Assembly (NCBI GenBank): GCA_030606335.1
Contig: JAUWGP010000001.1
Span: 30,792 to 94,791 of the forward strand
DNA: 64,000 bases
Direction: 5' to 3'
DNA from: a candidate division WOR-3 bacterium
Lineage (GTDB): Bacteria; Hydrothermota; UBA3073
The position numbers and the translations under genes were made by a program. Positions 9,051 to 18,637 of the stretch are shown here, piece by piece; positions within the stretch are counted from its first letter, which is position 1; each line of letters opens with the position of its first letter. The notes under the pieces are model-generated. The model worked only from the letters and a program-made list of their open reading frames with translations. It had not been told where the DNA came from and ran no database searches.

Positions 9051-12000
9051 TTAAAATTCAAAACTTATTCCTGCCCTTATTTTTAAAGGTTCACTGTAGT
9101 TTGATGGGTTGTCGCAGTATGTCTTCCAGTTATCATATTCGGCAAGGTATAAGTTGTAGTAATCTTCATAGTTTAACTCATCAGGCTCTCTGTCATCCGC
9201 ATATTTACGCCGTAGATAGGGATCACCCTCAAGCAAAGACTGGTATCTTATTAGGTCCCACTTTGGGGGATTACCATCGTCATCTGGTTTGCCTGTCTCG
9301 GGATGTATATTAACTATGTTCTTTATATCAAACACATTTCTTATGTCAAAGAATATTGTATACCTTACATTTCCAAATTTGAACCCCTTATCTACCCTAA
9401 GGTCAAGATTGGTATAAGACGGTATCCTCTTTGACCCACGCTCAAGAGGTGTCCCTCTCAAGTCTGTGGGTGTATAAGGAGGACCTGTTGCATAGGAAAA
9501 CTGGAAATTGGCATTCAAATCAGAAAAAATGGCAAGCCATCCTGGAATACCTGTAAATCGTTTTGCCATCTCAGAAACAGGTGGAAGATAGAAATTTAAT
9601 GCTGCCTTCACGGAATGAGTTACATCAAACTCAAGCGGGTATGCCCTTTTAGGAAGTGGTATGTCCGTATTCAGATATCTATAATAGAATTCCCTTCCTG
9701 AAGACCCGGTTCCCTTTGCATTCAGATATGAATAGGTTACTGAACCAGAAAGGAGTCCGAATCTCCTGGTTAGGGTTAAATCTACACCAGATATTGTAGC
9801 AAAATCCTCTAATTTATAAATAGTATATGTAGCGAGCTTCTTCCTCCAGAATGTGGACACATTGCGTGTGGACAGTAGGTTTTCAACGTCCTTAAAATAG
9901 GCTGTAATCTCTCCACTCATATCAGGGGTAAAGGCGTGTGCTACACCAACCTCATATGCAATAGTCTTTTCAGGAGGAAGGTCCGGATTACCTAAAAGTG
10001 GAAGACCCGATGTTATATCAGCATCAAGGTTCTGATATATATCCTGAAGTGCTACTGGCTGGAAGAAGTGTCCGTAGTTTGCAAATAACTTGGTTCTATC
10101 TGTGACTGCAAAAGATATACCAAACCTTGGTGAAACTTGATATTTTGCTTTAGCCTTTTCCTGTCCTGCATCGAGCGAATCCAACTTAATATAAAAGTCT
10201 GACTTTGGATCAAAGTAATCAAACCTCACACCAGCGTTTATCGTCAGGTCTTCATACTCAAGTTTATCCTGTACATATACTGTAGAAGTTATAGGCTTTT
10301 GATGATAACTATCAGTATATGGATTGCGATTGATAAACTGCACGTCTGTAAGGGTGAGGTCATGAACCCTTACAAATCCTCCCCCTTTTATCTGATTGTA
10401 TTTATTAATCTGGGATGTAATAGATGCATCGAATGTGTAATGTGAGGTCTTATGTTCATGCCACCATGGTCTGAAGTAATAGCGAAATTGACGAAACTCA
10501 TCCTGGTTGTATCTTATGTAATACAAATTTCCACTCGGCATAAAGTTGGCAAGACTATCCTGGCTGAATGTAGTATCTGAAAGCATTCTTCTTACACCTT
10601 CAAGATATAAATCCAGGTCGAATTCATGATAGTATATATCACTACTGTCTTCTGTCAATCTCCACTCATTCACTTCATAATATCTATTATTCAATGCCTC
10701 AATCGCATGTCCCAACTTCTGCAGACTATCATTCCCGGTCCAGAACCACTCTCCTGACGCAGCATCCCAGTATCCATAATCAGCGATATTCTCATAATAC
10801 CACATCCATGCCCTTTCCTCAGACCACTCTTCATCCCAGACCCTTGTCTCATGGTCAAACCAGCCTGAGTCTACTGCTATAGAGACCCAAGGAAGTCTCT
10901 TCCCTATAGCTCTGAAATCGTTATATTCTCGCCCATCCTGAGAACTTGCCTTGTATTCCGTTTCGAACATACCTATATTGAGAGTGTAAAATGTATTAGG
11001 AGAAAGTGTATGAGTAATCTGGAGATTAATCTGCATATTCTGCTTCTCTCTTTTTGGCTGCTCCCTGAGCCAGTCACCTCTTGAATAGGCATGACTGTAT
11101 AGGTGATATACGGAATAGGAGTAGTTGCTATTCAATACTGCCTTAAGATATGGTGTTGGTTTCCAGGCAAGCTTCGCTGTTCCGCTTATTCTATCTATAT
11201 CATTGTTTGGAAGATATGTATCATTCAAATAGCCTTCACCGGATATAAAATAGGTTACATTTTGGAGTAAAGGAACGGGACCTCCCATTGAGAGGTTTAG
11301 ATCATTGTAACCATAATCATAATCATCAAATAATGCATCTGTTCCATATTCTATATCAACTCCAAATTTTTTGCCGCCTTCTCTTGTCACGATATTCACA
11401 AGACCAGACATCGCCTCACCATACTCCGCGTTAAATCCACCTGATAGTATAAGCATCTCCTGAATAGCCCTGTTTGATATGTTAATGCCCGCCTGCCTTG
11501 TTGCAGGGTCATTTACAGATATACCATCTACATAATATGCAACCTCTCCTGTTCGACCTCCCCTTATGTGTAGACCACCGGACAGATCTGATTCTGTCTC
11601 GACTGCACCAGCCTGGGCAGCAACAATATCCTGAAAATCTGATACAGGCATACGCTGTATGTCCTCAGTCTCAAACCGCTTCATTGAAGATGTAACATCC
11701 CTTTGAACAATGGGTCTCTCAGCAGTAACAACAACTTCTTCACCCTCGATAATCGTTGGTTCGAGCCTGAAATCCATTCTGGTTGTCATATCAGCAGACA
11801 CCTTAACATTTTCCACTATCATAGTCTTATAACCCATCATACTTGCAGAGAGAATGTATGTACCGACCGATACATTTATAATATAATACTCACCATCTAA
11901 ATTGGAAGCAGCCCCCATTGTTGTTCCCACTATTATTACATTAACAAAGGGGAGAGGCTCACCAGTATCCTTGTCAGTGAGTTTTCCTTGAATTTTTCCA

Positions 12001-12065
12001 GTAATCGCCCCAAAACTATACGAGGCAATTACCAAACATATAAATAATAATGCATACCTCCTCAT
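9051..12065 (-). CDS. TonB-dependent receptor with N-terminal carboxypeptidase-regulatory-like domain
   Basis: GKIQGKLTDKDTGEPLP; plug motifs HIRGGR, SGGFNAEYG..MSGLVNIVT; NAGVRFDYF, SPRFG, GNPDLPPEKT; terminal F. Confidence 0.9.
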   Translation of the reverse strand: MRRYALLFICLVIASYSFGAITGKIQGKLTDKDTGEPLPFVNVIIVGTTMGAASNLDGEYYIINVSVGTYILSASMMGYKTMIVENVKVSADMTTRMDFRLEPTIIEGEEVVVTAERPIVQRDVTSSMKRFETEDIQRMPVSDFQDIVAAQAGAVETESDLSGGLHIRGGRTGEVAYYVDGISVNDPATRQAGINISNRAIQEMLILSGGFNAEYGEAMSGLVNIVTREGGKKFGVDIEYGTDALFDDYDYGYNDLNLSMGGPVPLLQNVTYFISGEGYLNDTYLPNNDIDRISGTAKLAWKPTPYLKAVLNSNYSYSVYHLYSHAYSRGDWLREQPKREKQNMQINLQITHTLSPNTFYTLNIGMFETEYKASSQDGREYNDFRAIGKRLPWVSIAVDSGWFDHETRVWDEEWSEERAWMWYYENIADYGYWDAASGEWFWTGNDSLQKLGHAIEALNNRYYEVNEWRLTEDSSDIYYHEFDLDLYLEGVRRMLSDTTFSQDSLANFMPSGNLYYIRYNQDEFRQFRYYFRPWWHEHKTSHYTFDASITSQINKYNQIKGGGFVRVHDLTLTDVQFINRNPYTDSYHQKPITSTVYVQDKLEYEDLTINAGVRFDYFDPKSDFYIKLDSLDAGQEKAKAKYQVSPRFGISFAVTDRTKLFANYGHFFQPVALQDIYQNLDADITSGLPLLGNPDLPPEKTIAYEVGVAHAFTPDMSGEITAYFKDVENLLSTRNVSTFWRKKLATYTIYKLEDFATISGVDLTLTRRFGLLSGSVTYSYLNAKGTGSSGREFYYRYLNTDIPLPKRAYPLEFDVTHSVKAALNFYLPPVSEMAKRFTGIPGWLAIFSDLNANFQFSYATGPPYTPTDLRGTPLERGSKRIPSYTNLDLRVDKGFKFGNVRYTIFFDIRNVFDIKNIVNIHPETGKPDDDGNPPKWDLIRYQSLLEGDPYLRRKYADDREPDELNYEDYYNLYLAEYDNWKTYCDNPSNYSEPLKIRAGISFEF

Positions 12066-12410
12066 AATACCCCCTCATATAATATTAAAATTCAAATATT
12101 AAAAAATATAACCACAGATTAAACAGATAAATCTCTATGGAAAAGAGTAAATAAATTTAATCTGTGCCTATCAGTGAAATCCCTGTTTGCGGCAGGCAGG
12201 TGTGGCGGATCAAGGATTGCAAAGATAGTATTAAATCCATTGGAGTGCATCAGCTTGCTGATGCCACAATAAGTTGAAATAATACTTAAACCCTTTCGCC
12301 GTCTACAAATCCCTACGGTTCTGTATCGACAGGTAGAAAAGATTGTAAATAAAGGTCACTGGTCTCTTGTCTTATGTCTATGGTCTTTCTTTTTTAAATT
12401 TTCTTGTAAA

Positions 12411-12439
12411 AGTATAGCACATTTTTCACTTATTGTCAA
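12411..12439 (-). promoter_or_regulatory. Sigma70-type promoter for TBDR module 1
   Basis: TTGACA-N17-TATACT on minus strand, overlapping the hutI stop. Confidence 0.6.
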
Positions 12440-13643
12440 GTAATTTTTTGAATTTCCCGTCCTTTATTACACATTCTATAAGATTAAATCCAAACCAGTA
12501 TGGAATCTCTTTTTCGTTTTTACAATTACATATAAGTATATCTGCCTTTTTGTCCTCTTCGATACCCCCCCTATCTTCTTCACCAACTGCATATGCTGCG
12601 TTTATCGTCGATGCACAAAGTGCTTCTCCTGGAGTAATCTTGTATAAAAGGCAGGCAAGACCTATCACTAATGGCATTGCAAGAACAGGAGAACTTCCAG
12701 GGTTAAAGTCAGAGGCAATAGCAAAAGGTATACCTTCGTCTATAAACCTTTTTGCTGGTGCTGGCTTACCAGACAGAAACAGGGTTGTGGCTGGTAGTAA
12801 AACAGCTATTGTCCCTGCCTTCTTCATACTATTTATCCCCTTCTCTGAGGGATAAGAGAGATGATCGCATGTCACTGCCTTAATATCACTTGCAATTTCA
12901 CTCCCACCAGAAGAGGCAAGCTCGTCAGCATGTATCCTTGTAAGTAATCCATGCTTTACTCCTTCGAGTAGAATTCTTGTTGATTCATCCTTTGAATATA
13001 CACCCTCTTCACAGAATACATCTATGAACCTTGCAAGTCCCCTTTTCACAACCTCGGGAATCATCTTCTTGATAATAATATCTATATATTCTTCTCTACC
13101 TATTTCTCTGGGAAATTCATGTGCTCCAAGAAATGTAGGGACTATTGTCTGTAACGAGGTTTCTCTAAGTTCATTTATAACCTCGAGCATCTTAATTTCT
13201 GTCTCTTGTGAGAGTCCATAACCTGATTTTATTTCAATCGTAGTAGTACCCCAGGAAAATGCATAGTCTAATCTCTTTTTGGCTAATACAACTAAAGTCT
13301 TTTTATCCGCTTTTCTTGTTGCTTCGACAGTGGAAAGTATTCCTCCTCCTTCGCTTGCAATCTTCTGATATGATGCCCCTCTTAAGCGCTTTTCAAACTC
13401 ATCCTCTCTTGAACCAGCAAACACTAGGTGAGTGTGACAGTCGATAAATCCTGGTATAATTAGTTTTTCACTTGCATCAATGGTCTCTCTTGTACGTCCA
13501 TCACTATCAATTGCTACAATATGTCCATCATCTATTATTATATTTGTATTTTCAAGAACAAGGGGAGAATCCATACAGCTCCCGCTTACAGGTCCATCCT
13601 GAAACGTTACAATCCGTCCACCAATGATTTTAAGGTCATTCAT
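12426..13643 (-). CDS. hutI: Imidazolonepropionase
   Basis: PGFIDCHTHLVFAGSREDEF, GTTTIEIKSGYGL, IHADEL, SDFNPGSS. Confidence 0.95.
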   Translation of the reverse strand: MNDLKIIGGRIVTFQDGPVSGSCMDSPLVLENTNIIIDDGHIVAIDSDGRTRETIDASEKLIIPGFIDCHTHLVFAGSREDEFEKRLRGASYQKIASEGGGILSTVEATRKADKKTLVVLAKKRLDYAFSWGTTTIEIKSGYGLSQETEIKMLEVINELRETSLQTIVPTFLGAHEFPREIGREEYIDIIIKKMIPEVVKRGLARFIDVFCEEGVYSKDESTRILLEGVKHGLLTRIHADELASSGGSEIASDIKAVTCDHLSYPSEKGINSMKKAGTIAVLLPATTLFLSGKPAPAKRFIDEGIPFAIASDFNPGSSPVLAMPLVIGLACLLYKITPGEALCASTINAAYAVGEEDRGGIEEDKKADILICNCKNEKEIPYWFGFNLIECVIKDGKFKKLLDNK

Positions 13644-13649
13644 AATAAT

Positions 13650-14336
13650 TTATCTTATAACAACCTCATCGATATAATTTGAAAGAACAGTTCTTAGTTT
13701 ACTTAATTCAGTCTCTGCATATGTTGGTCTATCCTTGAATACCTCAAGTAGCATCTTTAACTTTCTCGGTCTCTGTAAAACGAATCTTTTTGTTCCCTTG
13801 AGCCACTTGCCCAATCTCTCACCATCCTCGCTTGATATGAAATCCGGGAATACTGTGGACCTGAACTCATACTCTATTTTGCCCTCCATAATAATTCTAA
13901 TGCTTTTCTCTATATCACTAATATTAACGGAGACTCCTGAGGCAATATCATACTTTTCGGGAATTGCCTTTACATCCATTGCTATATAATCTATTAGTTT
14001 CTTTTGCAGCAGTTCCTCTATCATTTGAGGAATACTACCGTTGGTATCCAGCTTTACGCGAAATCCAGATGAGACAACCTTTTCTATAAAATGTGGGAGA
14101 GCGTTATGTAGCGTTGGTTCTCCACCCGTTATACAAACACCGTCAATAAGTCCCCTTCTTTCACTGAGAAATGTAAGAATCTCTTCCTCACTTATAGTCG
14201 GTAGTTTTTCCCAATCAACAACAAGCTCTGGATTATGACAGTACGGACAACGGAAGTTACATCCACCAGTGAAGATAACTGAACATATCCTCTTTGGAAA
14301 GTCTATTATGGATACTCTCTGTAAACCTTTTATCAT
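13650..14336 (-). CDS. nrdG: Anaerobic ribonucleoside-triphosphate reductase activating protein (radical SAM)
   Basis: GCNFRCPYCHN CxxxCxxC, ITGGEPT, KLDTNG, IAMDVK, YEFRST. Confidence 0.85.
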   Translation of the reverse strand: MIKGLQRVSIIDFPKRICSVIFTGGCNFRCPYCHNPELVVDWEKLPTISEEEILTFLSERRGLIDGVCITGGEPTLHNALPHFIEKVVSSGFRVKLDTNGSIPQMIEELLQKKLIDYIAMDVKAIPEKYDIASGVSVNISDIEKSIRIIMEGKIEYEFRSTVFPDFISSEDGERLGKWLKGTKRFVLQRPRKLKMLLEVFKDRPTYAETELSKLRTVLSNYIDEVVIR

Positions 14337-14421
14337 AAGAAGGATTCAGGTTTTAGGTGTCAGTCTTGAGCGTTGTATGGAACTATAAAGTCCATTCAAC
14401 ATTTAACATTTAACATTTTAC

Positions 14422-15087
14422 CTATCTAAGCCTGTACATAAATGTAACTATTCCCTTCTGTGTCTCCTGAGGAAGATGGGTTGGTAGCCTCTCAAATTTC
14501 CATTCTTTCAATGCATCAAGGGTTATATGGCCAAATATATCTCCTCCTTTTTTGATAAGTATAAGCCTCTCTATCTCTCCATCTGGTGAAACCCAAATCT
14601 CGACCTTAACATCTGTTTCAATATTATATCCCTCGGGGTAGGGAGGAACAACCTTATAGACCACCCTTCTTTTCGATAACTCACCCTCAATTATATATGA
14701 TTCTCCTTGAGCAAACATTGGAGAGGGAATTTCCTTTTCTTCCTCCTTCCCAGGCAAGAAGACAGGTGGGAGTTCCTTCATTGGTGGTTTTTGTATAAAC
14801 TCTTCTTCTCCGCTTTCTTTAGCTATCGGGAGTTCAACAAGCTCCTTTTCAGGTCCTTGTTCCTCTGTAACAGGCACTTGATGAACTTTTATTATAGTTT
14901 TTTCAAATTGAGGGGATATTACCTGAGCATGCACCTCAGAAAGTAGTCCGACTTCGATAAATTCGGGTTCTGCAAAGTATATTCCAATATTTATAAAACG
15001 AAGTAGAGTAAGAATGATAATATGAAAGATAAGCGATATTATTAACCCTTTAGTAAGGTTAGACATTCTATTTTTAGGTTGTTCCAT
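14422..15087 (-). CDS. tonB: TonB-family energy transducer
   Basis: N-terminal TM with SLIFH (SxxxH) motif, Glu/Pro-rich linker, C-terminal PPYP..VKVEIWVSPDGEI..ALKEWKF domain. Confidence 0.75.
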   Translation of the reverse strand: MEQPKNRMSNLTKGLIISLIFHIIILTLLRFINIGIYFAEPEFIEVGLLSEVHAQVISPQFEKTIIKVHQVPVTEEQGPEKELVELPIAKESGEEEFIQKPPMKELPPVFLPGKEEEKEIPSPMFAQGESYIIEGELSKRRVVYKVVPPYPEGYNIETDVKVEIWVSPDGEIERLILIKKGGDIFGHITLDALKEWKFERLPTHLPQETQKGIVTFMYRLR

Positions 15088-15226
15088 AAAAATACCTCAC
15101 GAAGTTATGTTGAATAAAATTTGACGACAGACAAAAAACCTGAGACACAAGATTAAAATGAAAATTCATTTATTACTTGTTAAAGAATGTCAAAAACCCT
15201 CATGATAAGAGACTAAATGCCACCTG

Positions 15227-15405
15227 TCATTGCGAATATTAGCGAAACAATTGCATTCCTTAATACTAATCCCTAATATGAGATTGCTTCGTCGTCCGTC
15301 AACTGACGGACTCCTCGCAATGACCAAAAGGAGTATGTCATTGCGAGCGACCAACGGGAGCGTGGCAATCTCATCTTTAATATCCTTATTACCTCGCATT
15401 GAGTT
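15227..15405. repeat. REP/RPE-like palindromic repeat cluster
   Basis: GATTGCTTCGTCGTCCGTCAACTGACGGACTCCTCGCAATGAC and GTCATTGCGAGCGACCAACGGGAGCGTGGCAATCTC, near-identical to units at 39906-40012. Confidence 0.8.
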
Positions 15406-15577
15406 CTGGGCAATAAATACTCTTATCTACATGTCTACCATGCCTACCAGCAGGCAGACGTCAGGTAAACATTTTAAAGTGCATAACTACACAACACACT
15501 GAAGACACAGGACTAAAGATAAAGAGTTATTAAAAACATTTAAAAATTTATATTACAGTCTCATCATATATTCAGAT

Positions 15578-16546
15578 TTAATCCTTCTTGCCTTCCTTAA
15601 CGAACCTTATTAGCTCTTCAACCACCACTTCCAATCCCTCACCCTTTAGTGCTGATATTAGATATGGTCTGGGTGATAGAGGTATTTTCATAAATCTCTG
15701 TCTGTCTTTAAACAGATCCATTTTGTTTATTGCAATAATATAGGGTCTTTCAAGCATAAGCGGATTATAAGCTGATAACTCAGTTGATAGGGTATGAAAA
15801 TCTGAAATAGGGTCTCTTGTCGCATCCAGGATAAAGAGTAACACCTTTGTCCTCTCAATATGTCTCAAAAACTCAAAACCAAGACCCTTTCCTTTGTGTG
15901 CATTTTCAATTATACCTGGTATATCTGCTATTATTACACCTTTTTCTGTTGTTCCAAGAACGGGCGATAGGGTAGTAAATGGATACGATGCTATTTTAGG
16001 CTTTGCATTTGATACACTGGAAAGGAATGTGGATTTACCAGCATTTGGATAACCAACAAGCCCTACATCACCAATCAACTTCAGCTCTAAAATGAGTTCC
16101 TTATCCTCCCCTGGTTCTCCCTGCTCACATTCTCTGGGGGTTTGATTGGTTGGTGAAACAAATTTTGCATTTCCCCTTCCTCCTCTTCCACCTCTTGCTA
16201 CAATAAAACTGTCTCCCCCACATACAAGATCCTTTAAAATCTTGCCATCATGTTGAATTACAGTTCCTGGAGGAACCTTTATATATACATTCTTAGCATT
16301 GGCACCTTTTCTGTTCTTTCCACTTCCATGTCTGCCTTTATCTGCCCTGTAATGTGGCTTATAGTAGAGATGAAGTAGGTTTGAACACTCGGGAGTTGTA
16401 ATACAAATTACATCACCACCCTTACCACCATCACCCCCATCAGGACCTCCCCTCGGAACAAACTTCTCCCTTCTGAAACTCACACACCCATTACCACCTT
16501 TTCCTCCGTATATCCATATCCTGACCCTATCAATAAAATTTTTCAT
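15578..16546 (-). CDS. obgE: GTPase ObgE
   Basis: SFRREKFVPRGGPDGGDGG, GYPNAGKST, YPFTT, DIPG, NKMD. Confidence 0.97.
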   Translation of the reverse strand: MKNFIDRVRIWIYGGKGGNGCVSFRREKFVPRGGPDGGDGGKGGDVICITTPECSNLLHLYYKPHYRADKGRHGSGKNRKGANAKNVYIKVPPGTVIQHDGKILKDLVCGGDSFIVARGGRGGRGNAKFVSPTNQTPRECEQGEPGEDKELILELKLIGDVGLVGYPNAGKSTFLSSVSNAKPKIASYPFTTLSPVLGTTEKGVIIADIPGIIENAHKGKGLGFEFLRHIERTKVLLFILDATRDPISDFHTLSTELSAYNPLMLERPYIIAINKMDLFKDRQRFMKIPLSPRPYLISALKGEGLEVVVEELIRFVKEGKKD

Positions 16547-16580
16547 CTAATTTTAGAGAATGTCCCAAAGTTTTATATTC

Positions 16581-17048
16581 TTATGTCTGAACTATTTTTT
16601 CAATCTTCTTTATTATCTCCGTTGTTGAGTATCCAGGAACAAGTTTTGCTCTCACCACCTCATCAGCAATATCACTACCAACTATCTCGCTATTCTTCCA
16701 ATCCTCGCCTTTCACGAGTACATCAGGTTTTATGGTTTTTATCAGGTTATATGGTGTTTTCTCATCGAAAAGTACAACATAATCTACATATATAATTGAT
16801 TTAAGTATAATTGCCCGTGATTCTTCATCAATTATTGGTCTTCCCTTCCCTTTTATTGCACGCATTGACTTATCGGAGTTAAGCCCGACTATCAGGATAT
16901 CTCCTCTCTCCTTCGACTGTCTGAGTAGTTCTATATGACCTCTATGTATTATGTCGAAGCAACCATTTGTGAAGACAATTCGACTACCATTCCCTCTTTC
17001 TTTTTTACTGATTGAGGATGCCTTTTTCTGTGATATTATCTCTCCCAC
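16581..17048 (-). CDS. rfaE2: D-glycero-beta-D-manno-heptose 1-phosphate adenylyltransferase
   Basis: VFTNGCFDIIHRGH, GLNSDKS, KPDVLVKGEDW, GYSTT. Confidence 0.92.
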   Translation of the reverse strand: MGEIISQKKASSISKKERGNGSRIVFTNGCFDIIHRGHIELLRQSKERGDILIVGLNSDKSMRAIKGKGRPIIDEESRAIILKSIIYVDYVVLFDEKTPYNLIKTIKPDVLVKGEDWKNSEIVGSDIADEVVRAKLVPGYSTTEIIKKIEKIVQT

Positions 17049-17177
17049 GAATGCTTATTTAAGTATAAAGTATAAATAGTACAAACAACAAATGGCATAC
17101 TGTAAGCAGTCCAAAGTCATTGGGTTATTGGTAGTATATAATCTAAAATCTACAATCTGAAATCTGAAATCTATTTC

Positions 17178-18167
17178 TCAGTACCCGAATATCCGTGAAC
17201 GGGTAAATTTATCAATCAATGGGGTTGTTGCATTCATAAGCAGTATGGAATAGGACACACCTTCTGGATATCCCCCCCATAACCTTATTAAAACTGTTAT
17301 AATACCACATCCTATACCAAAAATCCACCGACCCTTTCTCGTCATTGGAGATGTAACATAATCCGTTGCCATGAAGAATGCTCCCAGGAACAGACCGCCA
17401 GAAAGAATATGGAATAGCGGGGTCACAGGTGTTACTCCAAGTAGCCACAGTATACCTGTTAATGAGAACACAGCAAGGAAATATGATAGTGGAATTCTAA
17501 AATCGATAATCCTGAATGATATCAAAATTATACCACCAATTAGGAGTAGTAAACAGGATGTTTCCCCTAAACATCCACCTCTCATACCAAGAAAAAGTGA
17601 ATATATAGTTGATTTTGCATTCAGGAGTTCTGGAAGGCCTAATACACTGGAATAGTCTTTTAAAGCCGTTAATGGAGTTGCATTCGACGTCATTTCAACA
17701 GGTAGACTATAAATTATACCGCTCATTGTACCCAACCTTGGCACAACCCATTTGCCGGTCATAATTGATGGCCAGGATGCCATGAGAAATGCTCTGCCAG
17801 CAAGTGCAGGATTGAAAATATTATATCCGAGCCCCCCAAATACCTGTTTTGCTACTGCAATTGCAAAAAAAGCACCAACAACTGGTACCCAGTATGGAAC
17901 ACAGGAGGGAAGATTGAATGCAAGTAGCAATCCAGTTAGAATAGCACTTCCATCATTTATAGTAATTGGCTTCTTTCTTATAGCCTGGCACAAGGCTTCA
18001 CAGGCAAAGCTTGACACAATCGAGATTAATGTAATAATAAGCGCTCTTATACCAAAAAAGAAAATAGAACCAAAAAATGCCGGCATAAGCGCTGCAATAA
18101 CGATAAACATTATCTTTCTTGTTGTTGTCTCACTACTTATATGGGGATATGAAGAAACCTTTAACAT
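17178..18167 (-). CDS. rnfD: Rnf/Rsx electron transport complex subunit D
   Basis: KQVFGGLGYNIFNPA, SNATPL FMN-threonine motif, GAFFMATDYVTSP, GGYPEG. Confidence 0.95.
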   Translation of the reverse strand: MLKVSSYPHISSETTTRKIMFIVIAALMPAFFGSIFFFGIRALIITLISIVSSFACEALCQAIRKKPITINDGSAILTGLLLAFNLPSCVPYWVPVVGAFFAIAVAKQVFGGLGYNIFNPALAGRAFLMASWPSIMTGKWVVPRLGTMSGIIYSLPVEMTSNATPLTALKDYSSVLGLPELLNAKSTIYSLFLGMRGGCLGETSCLLLLIGGIILISFRIIDFRIPLSYFLAVFSLTGILWLLGVTPVTPLFHILSGGLFLGAFFMATDYVTSPMTRKGRWIFGIGCGIITVLIRLWGGYPEGVSYSILLMNATTPLIDKFTRSRIFGY

Positions 18168-18208
18168 AGTTAAGCTGGTTATTAGTTATCGGTAATCAGT
18201 TATCAGGC

Positions 18209-18589
18209 TTACCGTTGATAACAAAATTGACTTGCTTTGTTAATCATTGAATTCAACATTCGTCCCACAGAAGCATAACGTTCTAACCAATCTTTACTCT
18301 GTGTTTCTGCAATGTAATCGCAATCACGAGCTGTTTCAATCCAATGTTGTGTCTCTTGCTGTTCCCCGTCAGCATCTGTTAATTTACTTACAAAATACTT
18401 CTCATAGCGACGTTTAGCCCAAGCTTCTGCAATTTGAGCACCAACAGAACGTGATGATCGTCTTATTTGATTAGTAAGCGAGAAAATTTCTTCCTTTGGG
18501 AAATTTTTTGAGACTTCTAAAATTTCCAGCGACAATTGACGAGCCAATTTGTAGATTTTTAAATCTCGAAAACTTTTTGCATGTTCCAT
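18209..18589 (-). CDS. Four-helix-bundle protein (23S rRNA IVP / bAvd-like family)
   Basis: SFRDLKIY, FPKEEIFSLTNQIRRSSRSVGAQIAE, EQQETQHW; sits between rnfC and rnfD and is flanked by inverted repeats. Confidence 0.92.
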   Translation of the reverse strand: MEHAKSFRDLKIYKLARQLSLEILEVSKNFPKEEIFSLTNQIRRSSRSVGAQIAEAWAKRRYEKYFVSKLTDADGEQQETQHWIETARDCDYIAETQSKDWLERYASVGRMLNSMINKASQFCYQR

Positions 18590-18637
18590 TTTTCTTTCTA
18601 CCGATTACTGATGACTGATAACCTATTACTAAACAAA

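Noticed and set aside
12066-12410. Cobalamin or other riboswitch in the long TBDR leader (also TPP riboswitch before thiD, 43563-43722)
   Set aside because: Conserved riboswitch motifs not recognisable; sequence is largely explained by repeat families. An Rfam scan would be decisive
15190-15502. Short ORFs over repeats (also 8948-9313, 24283-24510, 27560-27893, 39900-40208, 50872-51168, 56111-56350, 57049-57258)
   Set aside because: Translations are shared repeat-derived peptides (e.g. SLRATNGSVAIS, KSQGK), not independent genes
18209-18589. Diversity-generating retroelement (Avd-like gene)
   Set aside because: No reverse transcriptase and no TR/VR pair differing at adenines seen in the window
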